Shown one piece after another: positions 50,029-62,478 of a stretch of 64,000 nucleotides of DNA. Position numbers and translations under genes: made by a program. The stretch's first letter is position 1. Each line of letters begins with the position of its first letter. The notes under the pieces were generated by a model. The model worked only from the letters and a program-made list of their open reading frames with translations. It had not been told where the DNA came from and ran no database searches. Location of the stretch: assembly GCA_964035545.1 (NCBI GenBank), contig OZ037765.1:35426080-35490079 (forward strand), read 5' to 3'. This DNA is from Bugula neritina. Taxonomy: Eukaryota; Animalia; Bryozoa.

Positions 50029-53000
50029 TCCGGGCATGCGTGGTGTTACGCTAGTTGGTTAAACTCGTGCTTGAGAATTTTAGTTCGATTTAAATAAATT
50101 ATATATTTGATTTGATTGCAAATTATATTTGATTGCTCATTCAAATCTTACAATATAACAATAACTAATTTGTTTTTATATTTTAAATAGCAAATAATTT
50201 GGTGATACAAGTTTTTGCAGTTTGAAAAGTTGAGTAAATACCTGATTTATTTTCACCTCTCTTTATAGCATTGTTTTCTTCTTTCAATTTGGTAACATTT
50301 GCTTTCAATTCCTTTATTTCAGACTCCTTCAAATGAACACCTGAATTCAATCAAAACAATTATACAATAAAGTGTATATTTGAAACATGCTGGAGCAAAA
50401 ATTTGTGATAAGCTCAAAAATTTGATAGTCTTTAATAATTGCTTAGCTAAATATTTAAGAAATTGAAGCATTTAAAAGACCTAATAAACCGGTAAAAACA
50501 ACTCTATTTGCAGCAATCTGACTTTGATCTCAATTTCATATTATTCTGATAACCAAATTTTGCTATTAAACTATTCCAACACTAACTTACATGGGTGAAC
50601 AAAAAGACTCCGAATCTTATCTCCCCCACAGCGAACTGTCACCATCTTCCTCTGGAACGCCTGATATGGTTTCTCAGTTTGAAAGTCATGACACCATTTG
50701 GGAGTTACCTGAACTTTAGGATTAGATTCACCTTTCAATATGCAGTGTGTACAACTAGACTTGTGAACCATTCTGCTGGCAGGCCAGGAACTTCGAATCT
50801 CCTTGGAGATTTTCCTGGTTATACTGACCATGTGCTCCCAGCAATCTGTGATTTTCTCTACTGCTCCGGACACTGTAACATCTGCCTTCCTTGAGAGGCC
50901 ATCATGGACAAGGCGCACCGAGATATCATCAGGAGATATTTTTACACCGTTTTTTCTAACAGTTAAAGAACTTGTTTCATCTGGGAACATATTTAGCACA
51001 ACAACACTCATCTGTTGGTAGACATATTGTGGAATTGAGAGACCTTTGAACATGATCTCAGCATGGAGAATGATGTCTTGATCAGTGGTAAAAGTGTTCT
51101 CTATGTAATCAGGGGAGTGGAAGGGTACAATAAAACAGCTCTTTGATTCCAGATCAACTGGTCCGTAAAGAATGCTGAATTTCTGCAGCAAAGTGACAGC
51201 AAGTTGATATGCATCTTCATCAATGAATGCTGTCTCAGCTTTGATTAAATATTCAAGAAGTTGGTTCCCCATGATTCCTGCCGACAAGAAAAATTCCATG
51301 AAATTATCAAACTGTTCTTTCTCAAGAAAAGCTCCGTTAGTCAGTAAAAGTGGTTCAAAATTTGCTTGCCGAGTCTGCCAGACTTTTTCATCGTGATTAA
51401 ACAAGACTGTGAGTAGTTTAGTAACTTCCTCAATCTTGTGAAAAATAATCTGGTTCAACTCTTCAATCTCCTTGTACCACAAGACTTTACCACAATCATG
51501 CATGTAGGTGAGGATTGTGGTGAGCTGATCAGGTGTGATACTTCCATCTACTTGCTGCACTGTGCGAAGTATCTCATCAAATGTACTGAATGCTGTTTGT
51601 AATCCTAAGACTTTCTCATTCACATCTTCCCACAGCTTTGGCAGCACTTTCACAAAATTTTGAGCTGAATTAAAAATGGCAGTTTTCATGACTTCGTATG
51701 TTTGATAATTATCTTCTTTTCCAACTGAGTAGATATCTTCTTGCAAGAACAGCTCTCTGTGTTGATAGAAGTGCTCTATCTTTGCTATGCTTTGGTCAAG
51801 TTGTTTCTCTTCTCTCATGATTTCATCTTTCAGTAGATCAGCTGTGCTGGTGAAAGCAGTAGTCAGCTTTGTGAAATTCTCCTCATCAAACTTGTCTTTG
51901 TGAGTAAACACAAGTTTTGGTGGTCCAATGCCAGGGTTTGCCACGTATAAATGAGCCAGCCAATCAAAAGCCAGTCTTCTCACAGCCTCTCTGTCTCCCT
52001 TTTCTCGCGCCAGCTGATCATACTGCTCCATGTTCACCACTACTATCTGGATGCAGTTCTGTTTAAGTGTTAACTGGTAAGTCATGTGGTACACTGGTTG
52101 TCCTCCCATGTCAATTAGTCTCAGAACCGTTTTATTTACTTTCAACTCTTCAACTTTAAAGACTTTAGTTGTTTCATCAACAACAGCCTCAGGTTCACGA
52201 TTTGTCAGCACTCTCTTTCTCTCTTCACTCTGCAATGTTCTGATGAGACTTGTCTTCCCTGCCATTGTGTTACCAATCACTGCAATGGTGACTAGTGGAA
52301 GACTTTTACCTTCACCTTTAGCAAGATCTCTGTAGTACTGTCTGATTGCTGGCAATCCTCTGGTGCAGACTTCATAAGGGGGAGTGGTTAGAAACGTGCA
52401 TCCATCAGCCTTTATCGTTTGCAACTCCTTCAAGTTGCAGACTGCCTCGGAAATTGAAGCTAACTTGTTTTTCTGAATATCCAAAGACTGCAGATTTTCT
52501 AAGTGTTTCAAACTGCAAGTTGGATAAAAAAAAGCACATAAATAGAATTAGATTCTTCCAACTGCAGCAGTTTCTAACAAATTAATCTGATCTCTATTCC
52601 TGATTAAATCTGCTGTTTTGTTGCAGATATTTTGGCCCTTCTAATATATTCTCACTTGAAGTAAGTTTACATATTAGTGCTTTGTTTAATTTTGTTCTTT
52701 CTAATAAACACTATTTTATAATACATTTCATTTATTTTTCAGCCGTGAAACAGGTGAAAACAGTATTTCGGTTTGCCAATGATTTTAACTGCATTTTTAT
52801 AAGTCACCATAAAGTTTAAATATTAACATACAATCATAAATATTGAGAGCCTACAAATGCATATTGGATTTGATGGATGTCAAAGCTGATATGGGAAATA
52901 TTTGTTTATTGCGCAATTGATGGGCTTAGCCTAGGGCCACACGGTGCGTATTTCCGCATGCAAAAACTGAAATCACAAGTAGCAAAGGTGCATGTCCACC

Positions 53001-56000
53001 GTAGCGTCAGTGATGCGTGATAAATAAAGCTTCTATTTTTAAATCGCACTCGCTTTCAATAAAACGAAATTTACTGCAATGTAGCACTAAAATAAAGAAA
53101 TTGGGCTCTCTGAATAACTAGCAGCCAATTAGGTGACGACGACAGAGACGATTCGCACTTGTCGCTCAGCATTCTGAACAACAAGTGCGAATGTTTTCTC
53201 AACGCGCACAGTGGACACCTTTGCTACTTGTGATTTCAATTTTCGCATGCGAAAATACGCACAGTGTGGCCCTAGGCTTATTCTAAGTTGTATATTATTC
53301 TTTAATGTAGCAATTAGTGCAGGTAACAGCATAATGACAATGAGTTTGCCTCTAGAGAAGAATGCAGATGCTACAACTATAACTGCTTCTGCACCAAGAA
53401 TGACTAGTCCCAATGAAAAGAACCAAGACTTCCACAGTCCACTTATTTCTAGAAAAAAAAACAACAGGCAACTCAATACAAGAGTAGGCTAAAGGAATAA
53501 ATGGGAAAGTGTTATTGGTCTACATGAGACTGGGGAGTGTAACTTTGAAAGAAAGCTGTTGCTAGCAACATGTGCTATAAGTACAGATTTGTATTCACCA
53601 GCTAGACGCCCTGCTAAATCTACGTCAACATAGTCAAATCCTACATTAGAGTTATAGCATACAAGCTTCTGTATCCATGGAATTAATCTATCTACAAAGG
53701 GTTTGCAGTAACATACAGAGTTAAAAAGGCTGCCTTGTTGCTGTTATACCACAAAAGGAGCTAGAAAGACTTTAAAATGAACTCAATGATCATAAAATTT
53801 AGATTTGAAATTGAACGGCACTCATTGCAAAAGTTGCGCAACTATATTTAGATGCATGAAATCATGAATTTTTTACTCAAACTGGATTTCGTACAAGCTT
53901 TACCAGTGAAATATTATAGTGTTAAACATCGCTGATTGACTGAGTTTTACTTGGTCTCTTCTTGACTCAGCAATGCTAAAAGAAAGATCTCCTATTTTGA
54001 CTATTTGAGTTTCCTTGACATATTGCATGCATTTAAAGAATTTTATAGCTTCATACATTGATACAAAGTTGTGTCACCAGCTACTTTATAGTTTTCATGA
54101 TACACTGAGGCTATATAGTGTCTTGCAGTACTTCATGGAGAGGCACAGAAAGCAAGTTAATTGGCAGCTATAAGCCATGCAGTAGTGTTCAACTAAACAC
54201 TGTGAGTATTTCTAAGTTCCAGCTTGCATGAAGGGCAAGTAATTGGTATTGGAATGCAAATTAAAAACTGATTTGGCAATAAGAAGTTATTACAACACAA
54301 CCTGGAAGAATACAATTTCTTGGAATGCAATTTCTTGGTAGAACCATTGTTTCAGTTTGCATCAAAACTCAACATTCGATTTAGTATTCAGTTTGTTTAA
54401 TATAGTTTCTCTTATCACACACACTTGTGAGGCTTTTTGCAATAAGCAACACACTTGTGAACAAATTAATTTTAATAAACTTTATGCAACTTTTTTCTCC
54501 TATGAAAGAGGTTGTATTCTGCTGACCATTGCAATCTCAGTCTAGTTTATGAAAGCTGATTTTAAATGTTTTTGAACTTTTCAAGAAATTTTTTCAACAA
54601 ACTAACTTTAAGATATTATTCTGTTAAAAATTTTTGATTCGAATGGAACGGAGAGAAAATTAGTCTTTCATATAGTGCATGTGTGGGGTGTTGGCCGAAA
54701 AATTAAAAATTTTATACATTTTTGAAACACAGTATTCAGCATATATTATAAAACTTTGGTTTTACTATTGGAACCTTAGTTTGAGTAACATAATATTCTC
54801 TACAACATGTACAAAACTTTTTGAAATACAAACTTAAGCACTATTTACAGCAAGTGCAGCAGCTCCATGGTTTTAATCGAATAATATAAAAAAATTGAAT
54901 TAAAGTAGTAATAGAGTTTCGTAACACAAATTTAAAAGCAAATTCTACAGAAAATACAGAACTATAAATGAGCAAGTATACCTGGAACACTAAATAATTA
55001 GCAATTCATATAAATTTGCTTTCACTAACCTCTCAGGTAGAGTTGGTAGTTTACAGTTACTAATATCCAACTGCTTTAGAGATGTCATTGATGTGACTAC
55101 ATCAGGTAATCCTTCACTGAAGTTATTCCATGATATATCAAGAGTCTCCAGATTCTTCAGATCAGACATGCTATAATAAACATATACTAGTTGAGACATA
55201 ATATATTCTAATATATGATTTAACATAATACAATAAAATATAATATACAATATAAAATTTGATCCAACATATTATATTAAAATATATTACAATACAATAT
55301 AACACAATATACCAAATATAAAATTTGATATAATATATTATATTAAAATTTAATATATTTTATCATAATATACTGTAATATATATAGTAAAACTATACTA
55401 TAGTTGAGATAGGCTGTATTATATTTTAATATAGAATAACATATATTATGATATACAATGATGTGACAGAGTATACAATATAAAATATTGGAGTACATAT
55501 TGTAAGATAATATAGCGCATTATAATAATTTAGTGTAATATAATATAATATAATACAATATACCACTTATAATAGCACTTTCAATTCCATGGAATGTTTG
55601 TAACAAGTAAAACTATATACAAACATATTATCTTATCTGTGATTATAATTGGATGTCTGATCAAAATTATTATAGAAATCAATATTTTTCTTGAAGGGAA
55701 CTGAAATTTCTAGATGAGCATTTTATATATAAAGTTGCTTTTACTAACCACTCAGGAAGAGTTGATAGTTTACACTCAATAATATTCAACTCTCTTAAAG
55801 ATGTCACCGGTGTGAATACATCAGGTAATCCTTTACTGAAGTTATTCCATGATATATTAAGAGTCTCCAGATTCTTCAGATTAGACAAGCTATAGTAAAC
55901 ATATACTAGTTGAGATATAAGTTATATTTTAATATGATATAACATAATACATACAATAAAATAGATAATAATACAATATAAAATTTGACAGTAATATAAT

Positions 56001-59000
56001 ATTATATTGAAATATAATATAATATAGCGTGTAAAGTTATCACTGAGCATAATTAATTCAAGCAGTAAAAGTAACATAGTGTAATGAATACGTAATAGTT
56101 AATCGGGCATTCAGCGTTGCGTTTAGCATAACGTTTCACTCAAATAGATTATCGCAGATTCCTGCCTGCAACGGCTGCTAGTTGTAAATTCATTAATTAT
56201 ATAACAGCACGCTCTCGCTCATTGGCTGTGGCTTTATGCTTTGGCAGCCCGGATGTTTCAGTGCAGGCGTTGACCCTACAGTTAGTAGAATAGCATCAGC
56301 TAGCAATGCAAGTTCATCACATCAATAACAATCAATTTTAAATGATGTAATTAATAAAATATAGATGAATTTAAATTGGAATTAACTTAAAGAGGCACAG
56401 GTTAGTTTTGTCTTTCAGTATTTGTAATAATTTGAAGCTTTCTTTAAGTATTTTTATCTATTTCAACTATAAGAATAACTATTTGGTTTATTAAACATGT
56501 TTATAAGTTTGACAATTTTTAGAATGCCAGTGTGGTCAGTGCATGATAGAATTCATGGCTATGTGTTTATTTCACAATAGATTTCTCATAAAATTACAAA
56601 TTCTTAAGGCAGGCTCTCCAGTGATTGATTAGTTTGTCACAAGATAGTATTCTAATTGGCAGTTAAAGCCTTATTTTTATACTTACAGCATTTTACTGCA
56701 GCTACTAATTAAAGTCAACATTGAATATAAGTTTTAATCTCTGTCTATATGAGCTATACATTCATTCTTACTAATTGTCTCAACATTTGTCTAATTGCAG
56801 TTATCATTTAATGTCATTTTTATTATAGTTTGATATTTTTTAGTAGACCTGTAATACCGTTTCATAGAAACAAACTCACTCTAGCTAGCCACTAAAAGAA
56901 GGCAAGAGGTGATTAAATTAATATCTGTAAATATGTTTGAATACTTTACAATTTCATAAATAATTTTCTGTTTGTTTCATTTTAAAAACCTGTTATATAA
57001 TTTCATTTATATTAATAACCTACTTTTACAAAACTTTTCTTACGGCAGTTGGAATAAATAAAAATAAAGTTACTAACACCAACACCAGTACAACTCATCT
57101 ATAGTTAGTGGCGACGCTACATAGCGTAATGTAATATAATACAAAATTATATATTATAATACAACATACTATAGTCAACATGTATATAATAGTGAAGATA
57201 TCCTATAATATTATATTATAATAGAGTATAATATATAATCATAATATAACGTAATGCAGTATAGTATATTAACATAAAATAGCATAATGCAGGGTAATAT
57301 AATATTATGCAATACACTAGGTAAAAAAGCACTCAAAATTCTAAGAAATATGTTTGTAACAAGTAAAACTATATACAAACATACTTTCTTTGCGATTATA
57401 ATTGGATGTCTGATCAAAATTATAGAAATCAATATTTTTTTGAAAAAAAACTGAAAATACTAAATTGACATTTCCTATATAAAGTTAATTTTACTAACCT
57501 CTCAGGTAGAGTTGATAGTTTACAGTTACTAATATCCAACTTCCTTAGAGATGTCATTGATGTGAATACATCAGGTATTCCTTCACTGAAGTTATTCCTT
57601 GACATATCAAGAGTCTCCAGATTCTTCAGATTAGACATGCTATAGTAAACGTACATAATACAGTATATTATACTAGCTGAGATATGATATATGCTAATAT
57701 AAACTAACACAAAACGATGAAATATAATATAGTACAATATAAAATTTGATTTAATATATTGTCAACTTGTGCTATTCACTAATTATATGGATATTTAAAA
57801 CTGAATGCTAATAGCCCGCCAATGTACAGTATTGAGTATATAGACAAAGTTTATTTAGTACGAATAATACAAAAGTGAAATAAAATACATAAGTGAGAAG
57901 AATTACATAACTTAACAATAACGATGCATGCAACTTAACTATTCAAATGCTACTCTCTAACTGCATTCTGCTGATCCAAGCTGCTAATAATTGTATGATC
58001 CTTTGCATTATCCTGATTGGTCTATCCTATCCAATACCATGGGAGATGGCAGAGTAGCGTAGGCTGGTATTAGACTAGGGAGTAGCTTAGCGTATCGTAG
58101 ATGATTGCAGCGCTAAAGTATTCGAGTGAGGTACAGGAGTTGTCACTTCTGATGCACCATGATTCACCGCACCCCCCTATCTATCATAAGGCATGGCTGC
58201 TGATTAACCAACATATCAGAAGTTTAAAAAATATGACAATAATGAACAACACAAAAATATGAGTCATTTTACTTAGTTTAGTACAGACTGGAAATCTCCA
58301 GTTTTTAGCTATTTTTCACACTCTAGCTGCTAATGACCATGGGTTTTTGCCCAAAACTAGTAAAACATCAACAAATACACCTTGACTACAGTCGCATGCT
58401 CTCGCAAGGGTGTCTTATAGTCACGCCTCAACTCTTGCAACTAAGCTTGTGTTTTTTTGACAGTGAGTCTGGAATAGGCCCTCACTGCCTCAAAGATGCT
58501 GTTAACGTTTGGGTCAATACCTTATTTTTTTTACCGTTCCCGTTAAACTAATCTGTAGCTGTATCAGAGCTCCACATCTTCTTCTCCACAAAAATCGAGA
58601 TGTTGTAAATGATATCTGTCCATAGGCAGCGCTGCGCCACCTATAACATCTTGTACAGCTACGAGTGCCTTTTCCTCAGGCTCTAGGCGAGGCACCTCCT
58701 CCTTGTCGCTAGCCATGCTCCTCTACTCCTTGGTAAGGGGCATCGATCTCAATTAGATCCCACTGCTGCTATCACTGTGGTGAATTTATGGAGATAAATC
58801 ACCTTGTGTGGGTTATTGAGAATCTAAGAGCATGTAGCGTTATGTGTGCAAGTGTGTGTGTCAGAGTTGTCAGTGATACTAATTTGTGTGCGTGCAATAA
58901 TCCAATACTAACTATAATGGCGATAATAATCCAAGCAAGAAAAGCTACATAATATAAGATTTACATTGGGTAAAAAGAAAAAAATACAATCTACAAGTAG

Positions 59001-61677
59001 CTACTAAACTAAGCCGGCTCTTCTAGAACACAACATGGGGCTGGTACAGGGCTAGTGTTTTATACCTGCGCAGCCTCCTCTGATGTAAAGTTAGTATAAA
59101 CAGCTATGTGATCGTTAGCCAATCAAACCGTTGGGGCATAATGAATGTGTAAACAATAGTGTGAATTGTCACTGATGTTGGGTGTTGTGATGTTTAGCCT
59201 CGGTTAAGCGCGTAGCAAATGAATGCACTGAAAACTTTTACAATATTTTCTCCTTTTTTTGGAAAACTGTGGTTCCATCGTGGTCACAGAGTTAATTAAT
59301 TCCTCTTAATTTGAGACCATGAGCTTCCTTTAAGCCTAAATAGAATGCTTTAATGCCCCTTCTGTCTGCTGCCATTTGAAGTTCTATTGCTTTTTCTTGC
59401 CACCATCGAGGTTTTATTTTTTGGCATACCTCTGAAGACTGCTTTGTGATTTTCAGTAGGTTTTCCTTTTCAATCTGGTATGACACTGGATGAAAGCTTG
59501 TCTTGCCTTGTTTCTATTCTCAATCAACTGTCGTAGGAATTCATCATGTTCATTTAACCAACATTAATTTTTTTGTCTTTGTTTACTAAGCACTTCACTA
59601 GCTGTTGAAAACACTGTTTTCTTGAAAAATTTATCTATGTCATCATTATTTGCATCCGAACACTTTATATTCTCATTCAATTCCTTTTCAAGTTGTTTTC
59701 TTTTTTTCGACTGTTCAGCATGCCGCAGTGTTTAGTTTAATTAATGGCTTAGATCCAGTTTTCTTGTGATGTAATTTTCTTTTAATCTTTATTTTTGATT
59801 TTAGCATTATATGATCTGTGCCACAATATACTCTTCTTACAGGTCAAGTATCTAAAACCACACTCAAATTTTTATGGGTCATAGTAGGAGCATATATTTG
59901 CTAATAAAAGTCGCGTAAAATAATTTTTGGAGAGAAAGCCTAAATGTCATGATTCAGTCATTTACAGGAGTTGGTTCTTCATCCAAGGTTGGCAGCAATC
60001 TCATTTCTGAATGCAAATCTCACCCTTGCTTCTCTTCTTTCATCAGCTGACTTTCCACTTCAGTAGAAAGTATAGCCATATTCTATTAAGGTATCACCAC
60101 CTGGAAATCTTGTGTCACTAAGTGCGGCACAAAGCCATATGTATCCATGGCCATGGCCACAAAAGCTGTCTGTCTCTCTAGACGCTGCAATTGTGATCAA
60201 TCCATCAGTGTTTGTACATACCACTCTGCTACATATAAGAGGACATTTCTTCTCTTTTCCATTCTGTCTCCTAGCACACTTTTTGCTTACTGCTGCAGGA
60301 GTGAGAACAGATCAGCTTGAACCTTGTTATTTCGAGCAACGTCCAAGTCAGCATGAACTTGTTTTTGACGTAGCATTTTATAGAAACTGCTTACAAAAGA
60401 TTTAAGGTATAACCTATAACTGGCTTTTTCATGACCAATAGCACACACTTGGACGAAAAAGCCTAGAAATGCTGACCCCTTCCTTATCTGTTGCAGTGAC
60501 TGCATGACCAAGAAATAAGTATGCTAATCCCTGCTCTTTGGAAATGTGTCACCTCACATTGACTGGCATGGTCCACCACAGACCTAAGAATGCCCATGCA
60601 GTCCCACTCACTAGTTAGCTTGGTCATTGACCACTCGACCCATGGAACACGTTGTACCGATTTTTATGGTTATCTGGTAGCAGGCATTATACTTGACCTG
60701 ATCTGAATTACTCGATAAAAATTTCATATAAACTTGCTTTGACTAACCTCTCAGGTAGAGTTTGTAGTTTACACTCAATAATATTCAACTCTCTTAGAGA
60801 TGTCATTGATGTGAATACATCAGGTAATCTTTTACTGAACTTATTGAATGACATGTCAAGAGTCTCCAGATTCTTCAGATTAGACATGCTATATTAAACA
60901 TATACTAGTTAAGATATAATATATTCTAATATGATTCAACATTATACAGTAAAATATAATATAATACAATATCAAATTCGATATAATATATTATATTAAG
61001 ATATGATGTAACATAATACAGTAAATAATAACATACAATATAAAGTTTGATCTAATATATTATATTAAAATATATTACAATACAATATAACACAAAATAC
61101 CAAATATAAAATTTGATATAACATATTATAATAAAATATAATATATTTTGTTATAATATATTGTAATATATATAGTAAAACTATACTATAGTTGAGATAT
61201 GCTGTATTATATTTTAATATAGAATAACATATATTATGATATACAATGATGTGACAGAGTATACAATATAAAATATCAGAGTACATATTGTAAGATAATA
61301 TAGCACATTATAATTATTCAGTGTAATATAATATAATATAATACAATATACCACTTATAATAGCACTTTCAATTCCATGAAATGTTTGTAACAAGTAAAA
61401 CTATATACAAACATATTATCTTATCTGTGATTATAATTGGATGTCTGATCAAAATTATTATAGAAATCAATATTTTTCTTGAAGGGAACTGAAATTGCTG
61501 GATGAACATTTTATATATAAAGTTGCTTTCACTAACCTCTTAGGTAGAGTTGATAGTTTACACTCAAAAATATTCAACTCTCTTAAAGATGTCATTGATG
61601 TGACTACATCAGGTAATCCTTTACTGAAGTTATTCCCTGATATATTAAGAATGTCCAGATTCTTCAGATTAGACATG
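46728..61677 (-). CDS. LRR-ROC-COR-caspase fusion protein (Roco-family GTPase with C-terminal C14 caspase); 5' end not resolved
   Basis: In-frame exon chain on -: 61677-61537, 60888-60748, 57639-57499, 55889-55749, 55170-55030 (LRR cassettes); 52512-50591 (LRR+ROC+COR); 50340-50257 or 50242 (coiled coil); 49866-49679 (acidic linker); 49557-49387, 48988-48769, 48646-48449, 48143-48034, 46964-46728 (caspase, TAA). All junctions are GT-AG with compatible phases. Confidence 0.8.
46977..47787. repeat. 36-bp minisatellite in the last caspase intron
   Basis: aacagtatctagtatatagaatatgtaacataatct units. Confidence 0.95.
49944..50024. repeat. (TA)n microsatellite
   Basis: Direct reading. Confidence 0.97.
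50591..52512 (-). CDS. exon encoding terminal LRRs, ROC GTPase and COR domain
   Basis: LRR cap LTTPPYEVCTRGLPAIRQYY, P-loop GNTMAGKTS, G3 DMGGQ, G4 THKD, and COR-type LTYMHDCGKVLWY. Acceptor ttgcag at 52513 and donor gtaagt at 50590. Confidence 0.9.
52929..53277. mobile_element. PIF/Harbinger-type (Tourist-like) MITE
   Basis: About 60-bp TIRs starting GCCTAGGGCCACAC, flanked by TTA on both sides (52926-28 and 53278-80). Confidence 0.85.
55030..55170 (-). CDS. 141-bp two-LRR cassette exon 5
   Basis: MSDLKNLETLDISWNNFSEGLPDVVTSMTSLKQLDISNCKLPTLPE. Confidence 0.85.
55749..55889 (-). CDS. 141-bp two-LRR cassette exon 4
   Basis: LSNLKNLETLNISWNNFSKGLPDVFTPVTSLRELNIIECKLSTLPE. Confidence 0.85.
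56030..57121. mobile_element. probable solo LTR in the LRR exon array
   Basis: TGTA...TACA termini, 5-bp TSD TAGCG (56025-29 and 57122-26), AATAAA near the right end. It interrupts the repeated intron sequence. Confidence 0.65.
57499..57639 (-). CDS. 141-bp two-LRR cassette exon 3
   Basis: MSNLKNLETLDMSRNNFSEGIPDVFTSMTSLRKLDISNCKLSTLPE. Confidence 0.85.
58261..58368. mobile_element. fragment of the 4734-5150 MITE family
   Basis: gagtcattttacttagtttagtac...gctgctaatga...gggtttttgccca matches the MITE arm. Confidence 0.65.
59230..60420 (-). mobile_element. degenerate RTE-like LINE fragment
   Basis: Interrupted frames include WWQEKAIELQMAADRRGIKAFYLGLKEAHG and endonuclease-like DTRFPGGDTLIEYGYTFY*SGK. 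Multiple stops. Confidence 0.65.
60748..60888 (-). CDS. 141-bp two-LRR cassette exon 2 (absent from ORF track)
   Basis: MSNLKNLETLDMSFNKFSKRLPDVFTSMTSLRELNIIECKLQTLPE; same phase-2 splice sites as the other cassettes. Confidence 0.85.
61537..61677 (-). CDS. 141-bp two-LRR cassette exon 1
   Basis: ag|C ATG TCT...CCT AAG AG|gttagt; MSNLKNLDILNISGNNFSKGLPDVVTSMTSLRELNIFECKLSTLPK. Confidence 0.85.
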
Positions 61678-62017
61678 CTATATTAAACATATACTAGTTA
61701 AGACATAATATATTCTAATATATGATTTAACATAATACAATAAAATATAATATAATACAATATCAAATTCGATCTAATATATTATATTAAAATATATTAC
61801 AATACAATATAACACAAAATACCAAAAATACAATTTGATATAACATATTATATTAAAATATAATATATTTTATTATAATGTATTGTAATATATATATAAT
61901 ATAGTTGAGATATGCTATATTATAATATTTTAATATAGAATAACATATATTATGATACAATGTGACAGAGTATATTATAAAATATTAGAGTACACATTGT
62001 AAGATAATATAGCACAT

Positions 62018-62478
62018 TGTGACAGCCGATAATGGTTACTGTATCAGCTGATAATTGTTGCTGCGTCAGCACGGATGCTGTTTGGCACAGATGCCTATGT
62101 ATTGTAATTCACTTAATGAAGGGTGAAAGGATGGAGGACACAGAAGCAGGCCACAACTCTATTTTTGTCTATTGCCAACAGTATATTTTCTAAGTTAGAC
62201 TTCATTCATACTTAAACTCATATTCACACTTGTACTCATACTGTAACCTATAAACATAAAAATTACAAAAATCTTGTTAGCTGACAAAACATTTAGTTAA
62301 TGAAGTTCAAAACAAAAGATAATATAATACTTGATACTCACAATTATTTTGACAATTAGGTATAGATTGCCTGCATGCATCTTTAGCAGGAGGAAAACTG
62401 AGCTACACTGACTCATCGACCAAAAACTGAGAGTAAATAGCTATCGCGAAAGCTTTCACAAATAGCTTTCGTTACACA
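62018..62478 (+). mobile_element. possible LTR (TGTGAC...GTTACA followed by TGGT)
   Basis: Begins exactly where the LRR-array intron homology ends. It has TG..CA termini, but no partner LTR or TSD is visible. Confidence 0.3.

Noticed and set aside
50571-52511. ROC-COR ORF as a stand-alone single-exon gene
   Set aside because: It starts at TTG immediately after a splice acceptor and has a consensus donor just before the stop, with in-phase exons on both sides.
57760-59210. Possible nested LTR-element remnants (TG..CA ends, PBS-like tggcgcagcg on -)
   Set aside because: No matching TSD, paired LTR or coding remnant that I can verify, so left unannotated.
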